Shown: positions 27,010-39,377 of the stretch, one piece after another
How positions within the stretch are numbered: the stretch's first letter is position 1
How the letters are laid out: each line of letters starts with the position of its first letter
Assembly (NCBI RefSeq): GCF_006345805.1
Contig: NC_042999.1
Span: forward strand, 87,730,001-87,794,000
Direction of reading: 5' to 3'
Length of the DNA: 64,000 bases
DNA from: Octopus sinensis
Lineage: Eukaryota
Position numbers and translations under genes: made by a program
The notes under the pieces: generated by a model
What the model was told of the DNA's origin: nothing
What the model saw: only the letters and a program-made list of their open reading frames with translations
Database searches by the model: none

Positions 27010-27246
27010 CGTTCGATCTATCCATCCGCTCAGTCGAAGTCGACTCTCGGTCACTCGTTGGATCAATGTCCTCCAGTCAGTTCTATTCTGGGCCGCTTCT
27101 TTCAGATTGGCTATGTCCATTCCGGTATTCCTCTTGATGGTGTCAAGCCAGCGGGTTCTTGGTCGGCCTCTTCCTCTCTTGCTACTGACTATTCCGAGCA
27201 TGATGTCCTTCTCCAGGGATTTTCTCCGCATAATATGACCGATCAT
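27010..27246 (-). mobile_element. RTE-clade LINE 3' end
   Basis: IGHIMRRKSLEKDIMLGIVSSKRGRGRPRTRWLDTIK...NRTDWR. Confidence 0.85.
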
Positions 27247-27527
27247 ATAATAATAAAAATAACATATAAACGCGGAGTAGATGAAACAGGGACAACTGAT
27301 GAAGGGGAAAATTCTTTACGTTGCATGTCTCGTTTATCTGGGGTTTTTTTTGTTGTTCGAAAAAAGTTCGTTTTCTATGTTTTTGCTTTCATGTTTTCGT
27401 TTCTCATTGTGCTCAACATTTTCGATGTCCTGTACCCACATATGCATGTATATATACATATATATGTAGGTATGTACATTTATGTATGTATATATTCATA
27501 TTTTATGTATTATTTATATTACATAGA

Positions 27528-27591
<64 letters not shown>

Positions 27592-27654
27592 TATATTAAA
27601 TTGTGCGTGTATTTTGTTTCATATATATATTTATATTTTATGATTATACTTTAT

Positions 27655-27786
27655 AATCTCTGACGAGGCCTAGGGATATATATATATATGTACCTCATTT
27701 TTAACTGCCTACCACCTAAATACACCTGACTAATATAGGCATAATGAGTTGCTATTATCCATAGGCTGAAACAGCTGTAAGTGATT
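27655..27786 (+). ncRNA. Type I hammerhead motif with extended stem II
   Basis: AATCT CTGACGA GGCCTA [89 nt, partly self-paired] TAGGCT GAAAC AGCT GTA AGTGATT; stem III palindrome ACAGCTGT. Confidence 0.6.
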
Positions 27787-27996
27787 TTAATAATTCATAT
27801 TCATATTTTTAAATAACTACTTGTATTCTGATCTTATATGCATTGAATAATATACTATATGTGTGTATGTTATTATGGTTGTCGTTTTGATAAATAAGTA
27901 AGTCATCATTTTAATATCCTAAAGTTGGTGAACCAACTAATGTGATTCTCCATTTTCTTATTTGCCATATATATATATATTATATATATATATAAT

Positions 27997-28027
<31 letters not shown>

Positions 28028-28564
28028 GTGTTTATATAATTACAGAAACATTTCTAGTTATAATAATCGACTTGTTTAGTAATAAGGTGGATATCGATGG
28101 GTAATAGTTCTCTATATTGGACAGTATAAAAGAGTTACTACATTTATTGCTAAGTTGTTTGAAACAAACGTTGACCTTCATGGTAAACTCCCAAGGTTCA
28201 GGCCCATACCTTCTCTAATTTTGACAACCTGTCTAAGATGTTTCTGTGAATTGTGCCAATATCTGATTTATAGGAGTTAATGAGCCTAACATAGTCTGGC
28301 TGATGGTCCTGAAGAGAAAAGCGACACGTAACGAAAGGCTTAGAACAATAGAAAGTTCAACACTCGATCATATACTCAGCACCATAAGGTGAAGACCATA
28401 AAAACTCCTGATAGCCTAAAGTGCAGAATTCAAGTCATGTTTTAGTTATAACAGAGAAAATGTAATTGGGGTTTAAAGCTTTATATAACATATGCCTCTT
28501 TACATAAAATCACTGTGATTATTATGCGAAAATGCCAAACAAGATTGAATGCCTACCCTTATAT

Positions 28565-29290
28565 ATATATTCATCGGAGGCTTTTAGTACAATACAGGGA
28601 CAGTGCACTACCACCTAGAAGTGTGGTGCGTATGAGTGGATCAGGAAGTTTTAAAGTGGATGGGCAAGCGTGACGCACGAAGAGGACGCTCGTCACCTCC
28701 ACCTCTGACGAGAAGATTCAGGAATTCGAGCGATGGTAATGGTGAACCGGTGAGTTATCATCGATGAGGTAGCTCGTTATCTGCGGATAGTCAGGGTTCT
28801 GCCTCTCAAACTCTCCACGATGAGCTCGGGTGCAAAGAGAGCTTACTGCAGAGTACAAGCGCAAACATCTTGAGCTCTTCCAAAGTTTACTCATCTCTGC
28901 AACAATGAGGGCGAGGAATTTTGGAGCAGAATAGTCACAGATGAAACGTGGGTTCATCATTATTAGGCAGAATCCAAAAGCCATAGTATGAAGTGGAAAC
29001 ATCCTGGCTTGCCAGTGACGAAGAAATTCAAGACTCAGTCTTCCGCGGGAGGGTGATGCTAATCCATTTTTAGGACTCAAAAAGGCCTATACTGGAAAAC
29101 TACATAGAAAAGGAATGTACGATCAACAGTGCAAGATACAGTGCTTTGCTGCCCAACAAACCGATACCAGCACTTCGCACCAAACACCGGAGGCTATTGG
29201 GGAACAAAGTTTTGGTGTTGCATGACAATACACGCCCACACACGGCCACACAGACCGTTGAAACCATTAACCAATTCTGCTAAAGCCTTC
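28565..29290 (+). mobile_element. Mariner (DD34D) transposase fragment, pseudogenised
   Basis: IHRRLLVQY...YEWIRKF, RIVTDETWVHHY, KWKHPG...KKFK, LHDNTRPHTA; stops and frameshifts; no TIR seen. Confidence 0.85.
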
Positions 29291-29762
29291 AATGCATTTC
29301 AGCACCTGAAAAACATTCCGACCACAGAAGTCGGATCACTGCTCTTTGTTCTTCTTTGGTGCACATTGCAATCAAACTCAAACTTCGATCACGTGATCAT
29401 AATAGTACCAACTATAAGCACACAAAAGGCAGTGTGACAATAAAGATATGTTATGCCGAAATATCGTAGATTACACTGGTTGAATACCTAACAATATAGG
29501 CACATACATATATATTATTAATATTATTTAAAGCCATGAGATAGGATTAATAAAAGTTTATTAATACATTAAAAAGACCAGACCTACAATTGTTTCAATT
29601 CATCACATGCAGCATAAAATCAACCAGCTTTAATTTAATTTAACCGAATCAATTTAGTTAATTACTACTAATGAAAATATCTTCAAGGACCGACATACAA
29701 ATTAAAAATATTTAAAATATAGCGAAAACATTAAAAAGGAAGAATACAATGTACCATTAAAA

Positions 29763-29828
<66 letters not shown>

Positions 29829-30088
29829 TAAAATAGATACAGTTATGACAAAATAGATATAGTCATGAATTAATATAAATGATGATAATAATAATGATGC
29901 AGACATACCCATACAAAAATATGAATAATGGTGATATGTAAAAAAAACAATAAGCCGGTTATTAAATTATGGGTGTATAGAGAAGTGAAATAATGAGGCA
30001 TTCCATATAAACATATATGCACATATACATGTACACATACTCACACACATACACACACATACACACACATATACATATATATATACAT

Positions 30089-30130
<42 letters not shown>

Positions 30131-30131
<1 letters not shown>

Positions 30132-31450
30132 CATATACAGACATACACAGATATAATACTAAGCATGATTAATTTACTAAATTGATTAAAGTAATTAAAA
30201 TTATCAATTAATAGGAAGTTAAAGGGAGAATATATTGATTTAAGTGATGCTATGATATTAAAGGAAAATAGAAAATAAAAGAAATTGTGCTCAAATGAGC
30301 TTAAATAGATGGGTTCAATAGAAGAAGGGAGAAATACCAGACGTGGAGGAATATAGGAAAATACAATTATAATATATGGTAAATTATTAAGCGATGTTTA
30401 TAATAAATAAAGATAAAATAGAACATAATAAATGAAACTACTATTATATACACCATTTAAATGTTAATTATAGAAATCTATATATCCATATATACTAATT
30501 ATCTTGCAAATACATACACACACACAGATATTCGTATATATAAAATATATGTATATGTACACACGCACAGATACACACACACATATATACATACCTATCC
30601 ATTGATACACATATGCACAGACACATACCTGCACATATACCGTACATAGATGAAGAAAAAAGAAAGTGAAACAATTATAACGATCACAAATTAAGTTATT
30701 TAATCTATTTAAAATTGGGTGAACAAATAGTTATGCATATATCAAACGAAACACACACACACATACACACACCACACACACATATATATATATATATATA
30801 TACATATACAGACATACACAGATATAATACTAAGCATGATTAATTTACTAAATTGATTAAAGTAATTAAAATTATCAATTAATAGGAAGTTAAAGGGAGA
30901 ATATATTGATTTAAGTGATGCTATGATATTAAAGGAAAATAGAAAATAAAAGAAATTGTGCTCAAATGAGCTTAAATAGATGGGTTCAATAGAAGAAGGG
31001 AGAAATACCAGACGTGGAGGAATATAGGAAAATACAATTATAATATATGGTAAATTATTAAGCGATGTTTATAATAAATAAAGATAAAATAGAACATAAT
31101 AAATGAAACTACTATTATATACACCATTTAAATGTTAATTATAGAAATCTATATATCCATATATACTAATTATCTTGCAAATACATACACACACACAGAT
31201 ATTCGTATATATAAAATATATGTATATGTACACACGCACAGATACACACACACATATATACATACCTATCCATTGATACACATATGCACAGACACATACC
31301 TGCACATATACCGTACATAGATGAAGAAAAAAGAAAGTGAAACAATTATAACGATCACAAATTAAGTTATTTAATCTATTTAAAATTGGGTGAACAAATA
31401 GTTATGCATATATCAAACGAAACACACACACACATACACACACACACACA
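30131..31450. repeat. Tandem direct duplication, 671-bp period, apparently identical
   Basis: Identical ORFs at 30461 and 31132; unit boundaries fall in (CA)/(TA) tracts. Confidence 0.9.
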
Positions 31451-31909
31451 CATATATTATATATATTTGTGTATATATATTCCTGAATGCATACATAAAT
31501 GCACGCATACAGATACATATATACAAACACGCATCCATATACACACACATTAATACATATAAATAAATATTTCTACATAGAAAGTTATATGCATATACAC
31601 ACACATATGAGTAACTACTACATATACAATCATATGTATATATACCCAAAATATGCATATACACACACAAAAACACTAACAGGTAAATAAATACCCACAA
31701 ATATAAAAAATTATAAAGATATAGATAGAGAGAAATTAAAGTAAACGTATATAAACATATAAATGAAAGAAATAAACATTTAAATATGAATAAATAAATG
31801 TACATAAGGATAAAAAGAATTATATATATATTTATACACACACATACATATACATACACATACACATACACATACATACACATGCATACATACACACATA
31901 CACATAAAT

Positions 31910-31979
<70 letters not shown>

Positions 31980-31980
<1 letters not shown>

Positions 31981-32398
31981 GAGCAAAACGCCCCCGTCCA
32001 ATGGACGGTGCTGGGTTGTCAAATTTTCTCAACACCACCTGTCCGACCGTCCCATAGGCCTCCCCTTTGAGAAACACTGATTTAACCTACATTTGAGACA
32101 CCAGCAAAAGAAGAAATAAAGATAGACTTTTCTATTCACACAAAAATGCAAACGAAGAGCTTAAAGTACCAGTAAGTACATCGCAACAGCTGATGTACTT
32201 GCGCGTTCACATCCACGTTTCCACGGCTTTATTGATCGCATTCTCACCTGAAATCGATTTTTGTAATTTTTTCAAGACCTATACACGCCATGATACCGTC
32301 GGTATCTACATATCAAATTTGAGCGCAATCGGATGGATGATGCCCGAGATCCTAGAAGACACACACATAGACAGAGAGAACGGATTTTATATAATAGA
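31980..32398 (-). mobile_element. Non-autonomous Helitron-like element, copy 1
   Basis: Minus strand starts A|TCTATTATATAAAA, has subterminal hairpin CCGTCC-ATT-GGACGG and ends CTCG|T; no TSD. Confidence 0.7.
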
Positions 32399-32545
32399 TA
32401 TATACAAACACATATATTTTTTTGTTTGTCACTCACACCATATATTACCATATATTGGAAAAAATTAAAAAGAAAAGGAAATAAAATGTAATCAAGATAG
32501 TTAAAATAAGCTATCATATCCTACCTTATAATTGATACAATTTAC

Positions 32546-32609
<64 letters not shown>

Positions 32610-32610
<1 letters not shown>

Positions 32611-33027
32611 GAGCAAAACGCCCCCGTCCAATGGACGGTGCTGGGTTGTCAAATTTTCTCAACACCACCTGTCCGACCGTCCATAGGCCTCCCCTTTGAG
32701 AAACACTGATTTAACCTACATTTGAGACACCAGCAAAAGAAGAAATAAAGATAGACTTTTCTATTCACACAAAAATGCAAACGAAGAGCTTAAAGTACCA
32801 GTAAGTACATCGCAACAGCTGATGTACTTGCGCGTTCACATCCACGTTTCCACGGCTTTATTGATCGCATTCTCACCTGAAATCGATTTTTGTAATTTTT
32901 TCAAGACCTATACACGCCATGATACCGTCGGTATCTACATATCAAATTTGAGCGCAATCGGATGGATGATGCCCGAGATCCTAGAAGACACACACATAGA
33001 CAGAGAGAACGGATTTTATATAATAGA
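32610..33027 (-). mobile_element. Non-autonomous Helitron-like element, copy 2 (tandem duplicate)
   Basis: Same as copy 1 apart from a 1-bp indel in a C run; ORF offset 629 bp. Confidence 0.7.
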
Positions 33028-33174
33028 TATATACAAACACATATATTTTTTTGTTTGTCACTCACACCATATATTACCATATATTGGAAAAAATTAAAAA
33101 GAAAAGGAAATAAAATGTAATCAAGATAGTTAAAATAAGCTATCATATCCTACCTTATAATTGATACAATTTAC

Positions 33175-33235
<61 letters not shown>

Positions 33236-33499
33236 CTTAACAAGTTATATTATATATTTATTGCAAAAAGCCCATTGATAGATAATTAAAAATTATATAG
33301 AAAATAAAAAATAAATTATTCCATATAATGACTATCTCTTCCCTGAGTTATACCCTCTATATAAGTATTAGTACTAAATATATATTAATAATATATCGAT
33401 ATCAACTATATAAATAACTTGCAAAAACAGTCAGATTTATCATTTATTAATGAAATATTAGAAATCTACTAATATTTAGCAAAAAAAAGTTTACTCGCA

Positions 33500-34065
33500 T
33501 GGTTAGAGGCTAAAATTTTATCAGAATGTGTGTTCAAAAGAACTCATCATTTTTATTTGCGATATGATAAGATTTCGCATGGCTCATAATATTCCAGTCC
33601 AATATAAAATCTATTTTCATAACTTTAAGCTCCCATCTGATTTTACTCAGACCAGTATCCTTAAAGCTGTTTAAGTGGTTAAAGAAGCGAGTTTTAAATT
33701 CATTAGATGTCGACCCAATGTACGTATACTTATTATTAAGTGCATCAATCTCACATTTATTTAAAATAATATCGTAGTTCATTTTTACTTAGAATCCTAG
33801 TTTTTGAACATCTCATTCTTTCAAAGTTCATGGTATTTGGAGACGCATTCATGTGGTATAAATATGGTACAAAGATTTTTAAGTTGGCATCCATCAATAC
33901 AATTTCAGAAATTGACATAGAAATTGTCGAGCTTTCTGTTATTTAAAGATGAAATTATTCGAAATAAACTTTTGGTTAAGCAATAACCAATCCTGATATT
34001 ATTAGTATTAAATATTTGCTATATATATTATTCATGTTGAAATACTTGTCAATTAATATATATAT
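33500..34065 (-). mobile_element. Neptune-type Penelope-like element fragment (linker plus GIY-YIG endonuclease)
   Basis: NTNNIRIGYCLTKSLFRIISSLNNRKL, then YTYIGSTSNEFKTRFFNHLNSFKDTGLSKIRWELK...WNIMSHAKSY. Confidence 0.8.
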
Positions 34066-34116
34066 TTGTCTAATTAATCTTGTCTTTATATTCATAGCAT
34101 AAGGGATTATGTACCA

Positions 34117-34219
<103 letters not shown>

Positions 34220-34974
34220 ATTTAACATGGGAATATGCATATGTTGGGTATGTATATATATCATTATGTATATGAACATATGATTGCATATGTATTAGTT
34301 GCTTATGTGCGTATATATGTGTGTGTATATATATATATATGTTTGTACATCTATATTTGCATAGCTCTATGTATGTATATATGTGTGCATATAGATATGT
34401 ACATATATATATATATATATATATATGCATATATATATGTGTGTGTGTGTGTAGTTATGTATGCATTCAGGTATATATATATATATATATGGTTGGTGTG
34501 TATATGCATCACTGTTTGTTTATTCAAATAGATTAAATATCTTAATTTATGAACATTATCATTTTTTCACTTTCTTTTTCTTTCATCTATGTTCGGTATA
34601 TGTGTAGGAATGTGTCTGCGCATGTGTATTTATGTACATGTATAAATATGTATATAAGCGTGTGTGTCTGTGCGTAAGTACATATATCTTCTTTTATATG
34701 TGCGAATATAAGTAAGTGTGTATGTATTTGCTGAATAATTAGTATATACGTATATATAGATATTTATATATATATATATAAGGGCAAGTTAGAAAATAAT
34801 ATAATATATTAAATGTATCATAATATAGGAGGCCCGTTTGCTATCAAAACTTAAAGGCATATAAATAAACAAGGATACAATATAGTAAAAAGTGGCTATC
34901 GAGTCGCTTTTGACTCTTATTTTTAGCAATGGTAGTATTATATTTGTACCCTTTCTCATATATATATATATATG

Positions 34975-36232
34975 TAAAGTCGTCAAGTATGTAATTTGTA
35001 GTATAAAGAAAGGTTTTCTAATATTTCATAAATAAAAGGAATAGTTTTATTCATCAAAGTATGCACCCATATTGTCTATACACCTTTGCCACTTCAGCGT
35101 TAGCTTGTTCAGCCCAGAACTGTAAAAGCTTGGCAATCTAGAGTCAGTAAAATCTTGGAAGCCCTGTTTTACAGCATCGTCGGAATAAATTGTTTTTCTT
35201 CTCAAAACGTTATCCAAATTCTAGAAGTGGTCGTCAATGAGGGTAAGATCAGGTTAGTATGGTGGATAATGGAGTACTTCCAACTCCAACTCCTGTAGTT
35301 TCACCAATGTCATTTTTGCGATGTTTGGTCTGGCGTTGTCTTGCAATAAAATAGGAATGGGTCTGTTGACTAATCTAAGATGTTTTTTGTAAGTTTCTGC
35401 ATCATTTGGTTCAGTTAGCTACAGTATACTTCGGCCATGATTGATGAGCTAGTTTTAATGAAATCATAATGGATCACTCCTGCGCCAGACCACCAAGCAC
35501 ACACCATCAGTTTTTTATGATGAATTTTGCTTTTTGGGCTGTGTTGTGGTGACTCGTCTTTATCCAACTATTGTGCTTTACGAGTGTTTACGATTGGTGT
35601 TTTAGACCTATTTTTCATCACCTGTTACAATTCGATTCAAAATGATTCACTTTTGAGACGAGAAAGTGGCATAATGCAGGCTTCCAAACGTTGCTGCTTC
35701 TGATTTTCGTTGAGTTCATGTGGAACCCACTTATCCATCGTTTTTACTTTACCGATTTGAACTAGGTGAGTCATTGTTGTCGCTGGCTAACACCAAACAA
35801 CAGCGATAAATCACGGGCAATTGAGATGGATCTGACTCGACGGTATCTTTCATTTCGTCATTATCCACCACGTTGCTCATTTGTAAGGTCAAAGTTACCA
35901 GAACGAAATTTTGCAAACCAATTCGATACTGTGTAATAGAATAAGAATGAAATATTCCATTAATATTCTGAGCTGTCTGTGATGCTGTGTTTCCAAGAAA
36001 GAACTCATATTTCAAAACTGTACGAATTTCCGACTTATCCATCCCTAAACAAAAATAGTAAAAAACGATTTATAAATACGTTATAAAGCGCAAAATGTTT
36101 TAGAATAAAAAAATAGATGTGCCAGCTTTCTAGCAAAAAATAAAGATTGTCAAAATATAATAATGGTGCAAAACGAGCAGCTGTCAAAGTTTACCATATA
36201 CCTTACTACAAATTTCATACCTGACGAATTAA
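34975..36232 (-). mobile_element. Full-length, inactivated mariner element with TIRs
   Basis: TIR core TCGTCAAGTATGTAATTTGTAGTA (34980-35003) versus 36205-36228, 22/24 match; TA tracts on both sides. MDKSEIRTVLKYEF..., RIVTGDEK, LLQDNARPNIA, HYPPY*PDL, GAYFDE*. Confidence 0.9.
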
Positions 36233-36439
36233 TATATATACATTTCGGCGCGTGTGTATACTTATTGAAGTAGTTTGACTTTAGACTCCAATTAAAGCGT
36301 GTGGCTTTTACGGACAGTAACAGCCCTTGTTATGATAAAGTATTTTAAATATAAAGGAAAAAATTATATACCTTGTATTAATCTATTCCGTAATTAGTTT
36401 TGCACGCTGGCTACTCGATAAAATCTTTTATAGATTTTA

Positions 36440-37010
36440 TCCTTAGTTGAGCCCATTTAGCACTCCTTTGCTCAACTCCCCTCTTTATATAACTCTCCTT
36501 TTCTCTCCTCTCTTCTTCTCACACATAATTGCTCTCACCCACCTCTCCTCTCTTGCTCTGACACCTACTTCCTCTCTTCACTCCTACCCACCCTCTCCCT
36601 TCATCGTCACCCCATCCCTTGTTACCCCACCCCTATATATTCCACCCCCCATTCCTATACAACCCATCCCACCCCATATTCCTAAACATCCCATCCCACC
36701 ATTCCTACACATCCCATTCCACACCCACCCATCCTTTAGACCCCACCCTTGCTTCCCCAATCTCGCCGCCCCCACACCCCAACACCACCATACCACACAC
36801 CACACAACACCACATCACACCACCCCATACACATTGGCACTGACCACTTCCCAGCCCCCACACCTTTGCACACACTAGCACTGACCACTTCCCAGCACCT
36901 ACACCATCATCCGCACGCATTCACATACACGTCAAGGTCACCAGTCCCCTTCCACACGCACATACACACACGCACGCGCACCTTCCTTTGGGACCACACT
37001 ACTTTATTAT
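36440..37010. repeat. Strand-asymmetric C-rich low-complexity tract
   Basis: Plus strand almost devoid of G, with many CCC/CCCC runs. Confidence 0.85.
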
Positions 37011-37089
37011 CTCCGCTTCTTCCAAGTTTTCCTGTGTGACTCCTCTGTCCGGCATTCGCCATGATAGATCGCTAGCCACTAAACCATTT

Positions 37090-37240
37090 CTATTTTCTCT
37101 CCTTGTTTTTTCTGTGTTCTTTTCTATCGAAGAGCGTAGGCTCGAAATGTAAAAGACTTTCTCACTTCCCGAGCGTTAAACTAATACATCTGTTTCTTGT
37201 TTACACACCCGTCTTCGTCTTTTTTTTCAAAGTCCTCACT
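37090..37240 (+). mobile_element. Family C short repeat with variant hammerhead-like motif
   Basis: CTTTT CTATCGA A GAGC GTAG GCTC GAAAT GTA AAAG at 37119-37155. Confidence 0.8.
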
Positions 37241-37243
37241 ATA

Positions 37244-37983
37244 TATATATACCAATTAAGGACTGAACACGAAAAGTGGACAGTCAACATGCTAGATATA
37301 GACGTCTATGTGAGAACATAGTCTATGTGAGAACATAGTCTATGTGAGAACATAGACTTTTTGTGGAGAACGGCGATTTGACTCTATATCTAGCATGTTG
37401 ACTGTCCACTTTTCGTGTTCAGTCCTTAATTGGTATATATAAATATTTTAATCTTCGGATTCTTTCTTTAATATGCTAGACCACTGGTTCTAATTGATAA
37501 ATATCAATTTTTACCCTAAATTTAATTTTATATAAATAATTGTTCTCTAACCGATAAATTAACTGCTGCTAACTATTAGCTGCAGGCTAGTTTTCTCGGG
37601 TCTCATCGCGCCAAAAGTAAAGACATTTGAAATATATATTTCAAATGTAATAGGCCGTACTCCATGCACGCGATATTTCGGTATCGTGTTGGCATTTAGT
37701 ACAGCAAATTACATTTTATATGGGACCATGCTGATGATGGCTGCACTTTTCCTTGCGGAAAATAACAGCCGAAACTAAATTTAGTACATGGGTAAATATT
37801 TATTTCGTATATTTTTCACTTGTTTATTGTTTTGGTTTTGTGTTGAGTTTGATCTGAGAACATAGACTTTTTGTGGAGAATGGCGATTTGACGTCTATAT
37901 CCAGCATGTTGACTGTCCACTTTTCGTGTTCAGTCCTTAATTGGTATATATAAATATTTTAATCTTCGGATTCTTTCTTTAAT
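37244..37983 (+). mobile_element. Non-coding hammerhead-bearing element with PLE/retrozyme-like architecture
   Basis: 58-bp perfect inverted repeat (37245-37302 / 37383-37440), 3 x 17-bp repeats, direct repeats 37345-37472 and 37855-37983 (3 differences, 510-bp period), internal HHR. Confidence 0.7.
37726..37791 (+). ncRNA. Type I hammerhead ribozyme with intact core
   Basis: CCATG CTGATGA T GGCTG cac TTTTCC ttgc GGAAAA taa CAGCC GAAAC TAAATTTA GTA CATGG; predicted cleavage after A37786. Confidence 0.85.
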
Positions 37984-38059
37984 TTTATATATATATATAT
38001 ATACAAATACACACACATGCAAACACACATATATATCTATATGCATCTATATACATATA

Positions 38060-38471
38060 CTCTTTACTCTTTTACTTGTTTCAGTCATTTGACTGCGGCC
38101 ATGCTGGAGCACCGCCTTTTTTTAGTCGAGCAAATCGACCCCGGGACTTATTCTTTGTAAGCCCAGTACTTATTCTATCGGTCTCTATTGCCGAACCGCT
38201 AAGTGACGGGGACCTAAACACACCAGCATCTGTTGTCAAGCAATGCTAGGGGGACAAACACAGACACACAAACACACACACACATATATATATATATATA
38301 CATATATACGACAGGCTTCTTTCAGTTTCCGTCTACCAAATCCACTCACAAGGCATTGGTCGGCCCGGGGCTATAGCAGAAGACACTTGCCCAAGATGCC
38401 ACGCAGTGGGACTGAACCCGGAACCATGTGGTTGGTTAGCAAGCTACTTACCACACAGCCACTCCTGCGCC

Positions 38472-38472
<1 letters not shown>
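38060..38472 (-). mobile_element. SINE family B, full length
   Basis: tRNA-like head, CORE-like ATCTTGGGCAAGTGTCTT, internal (TA)/(TG), right half ending GCCGCAGTCAAATGACTGAAACAAGTAAAAG. Confidence 0.9.
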
Positions 38473-38505
<33 letters not shown>

Positions 38506-39287
38506 AATACATACACACATATATATATATATAAGTACACATAAATACAGGTACGCGCACAGAAACACACACACACCTATAATTTCAATTATTCTCCACT
38601 ATCTGAAAAGATTGCCAAAATGTATCTATGTTTTAGCGCGCTTAGCAAGCCATGACAACAAGTCCGCACGTCGACTGGTTTACATATAGGTCGTGACTGA
38701 ATCCTGCTGGGAAGTATTTAAAGGAGAAACTGAAGCATTCTATTAGTTATCGATTGAGAAACATAATTGTAGGTTACTACTGCCATGATATATATGTGAA
38801 AATTGGGGAAAGTATGAAAGTAACTGTTTTCTGGCTGCTGGAGTCTACCGGTGAGTATTTAAAGGGAGATTTGGCAGGATGGTCATTCATCCGCTGACAT
38901 TCGCTGACGCTGCATCGAAGAAACCAAAGAGCAAAAGAAAAAAGGAGAAAGAAAAAGTGCACTCAATAGCAGTGCTGAAGACTCCTCCGAAAGAGAGGCG
39001 GGCCCGCCACGTCGAAAACGGTTGAGGAGTAGGGGTGGAAACCGGACGTGGTTCCACCTGATAATATCTCTAGCCACTGGAAACTATAAAGGAGCTGTTG
39101 AGATAGCGAACCACGAAACGTGCTTGGCATCTCTCCTCGTAAATATGAAAAAAAAATGTAAAAAACACAAACATTTATTGCAAAACCCAGACTGTTGAAT
39201 TTCATTGACTTACATATTTACTTGTACACAATCATACCAATTCTCTTATATGTATATGTATACATATACATACATACATACATACAT

Positions 39288-39374
<87 letters not shown>

Positions 39375-39377
<3 letters not shown>

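Noticed and set aside
27292-27340. CTGATGA followed by a weak hairpin
   Set aside because: No GAAA half or cleavage triplet follows.
30220-30690. Possible PLE C-terminus and decayed hammerhead (TAGATGA...GAAACAATTATA) within the 671-bp unit
   Set aside because: No stem II pairing, and the protein similarity is too weak to support.
37304-37354. 3 x 17-bp direct repeats as a CRISPR-like array
   Set aside because: The repeats are contiguous with no spacers, in eukaryotic DNA with no cas genes; a simple tandem duplication.
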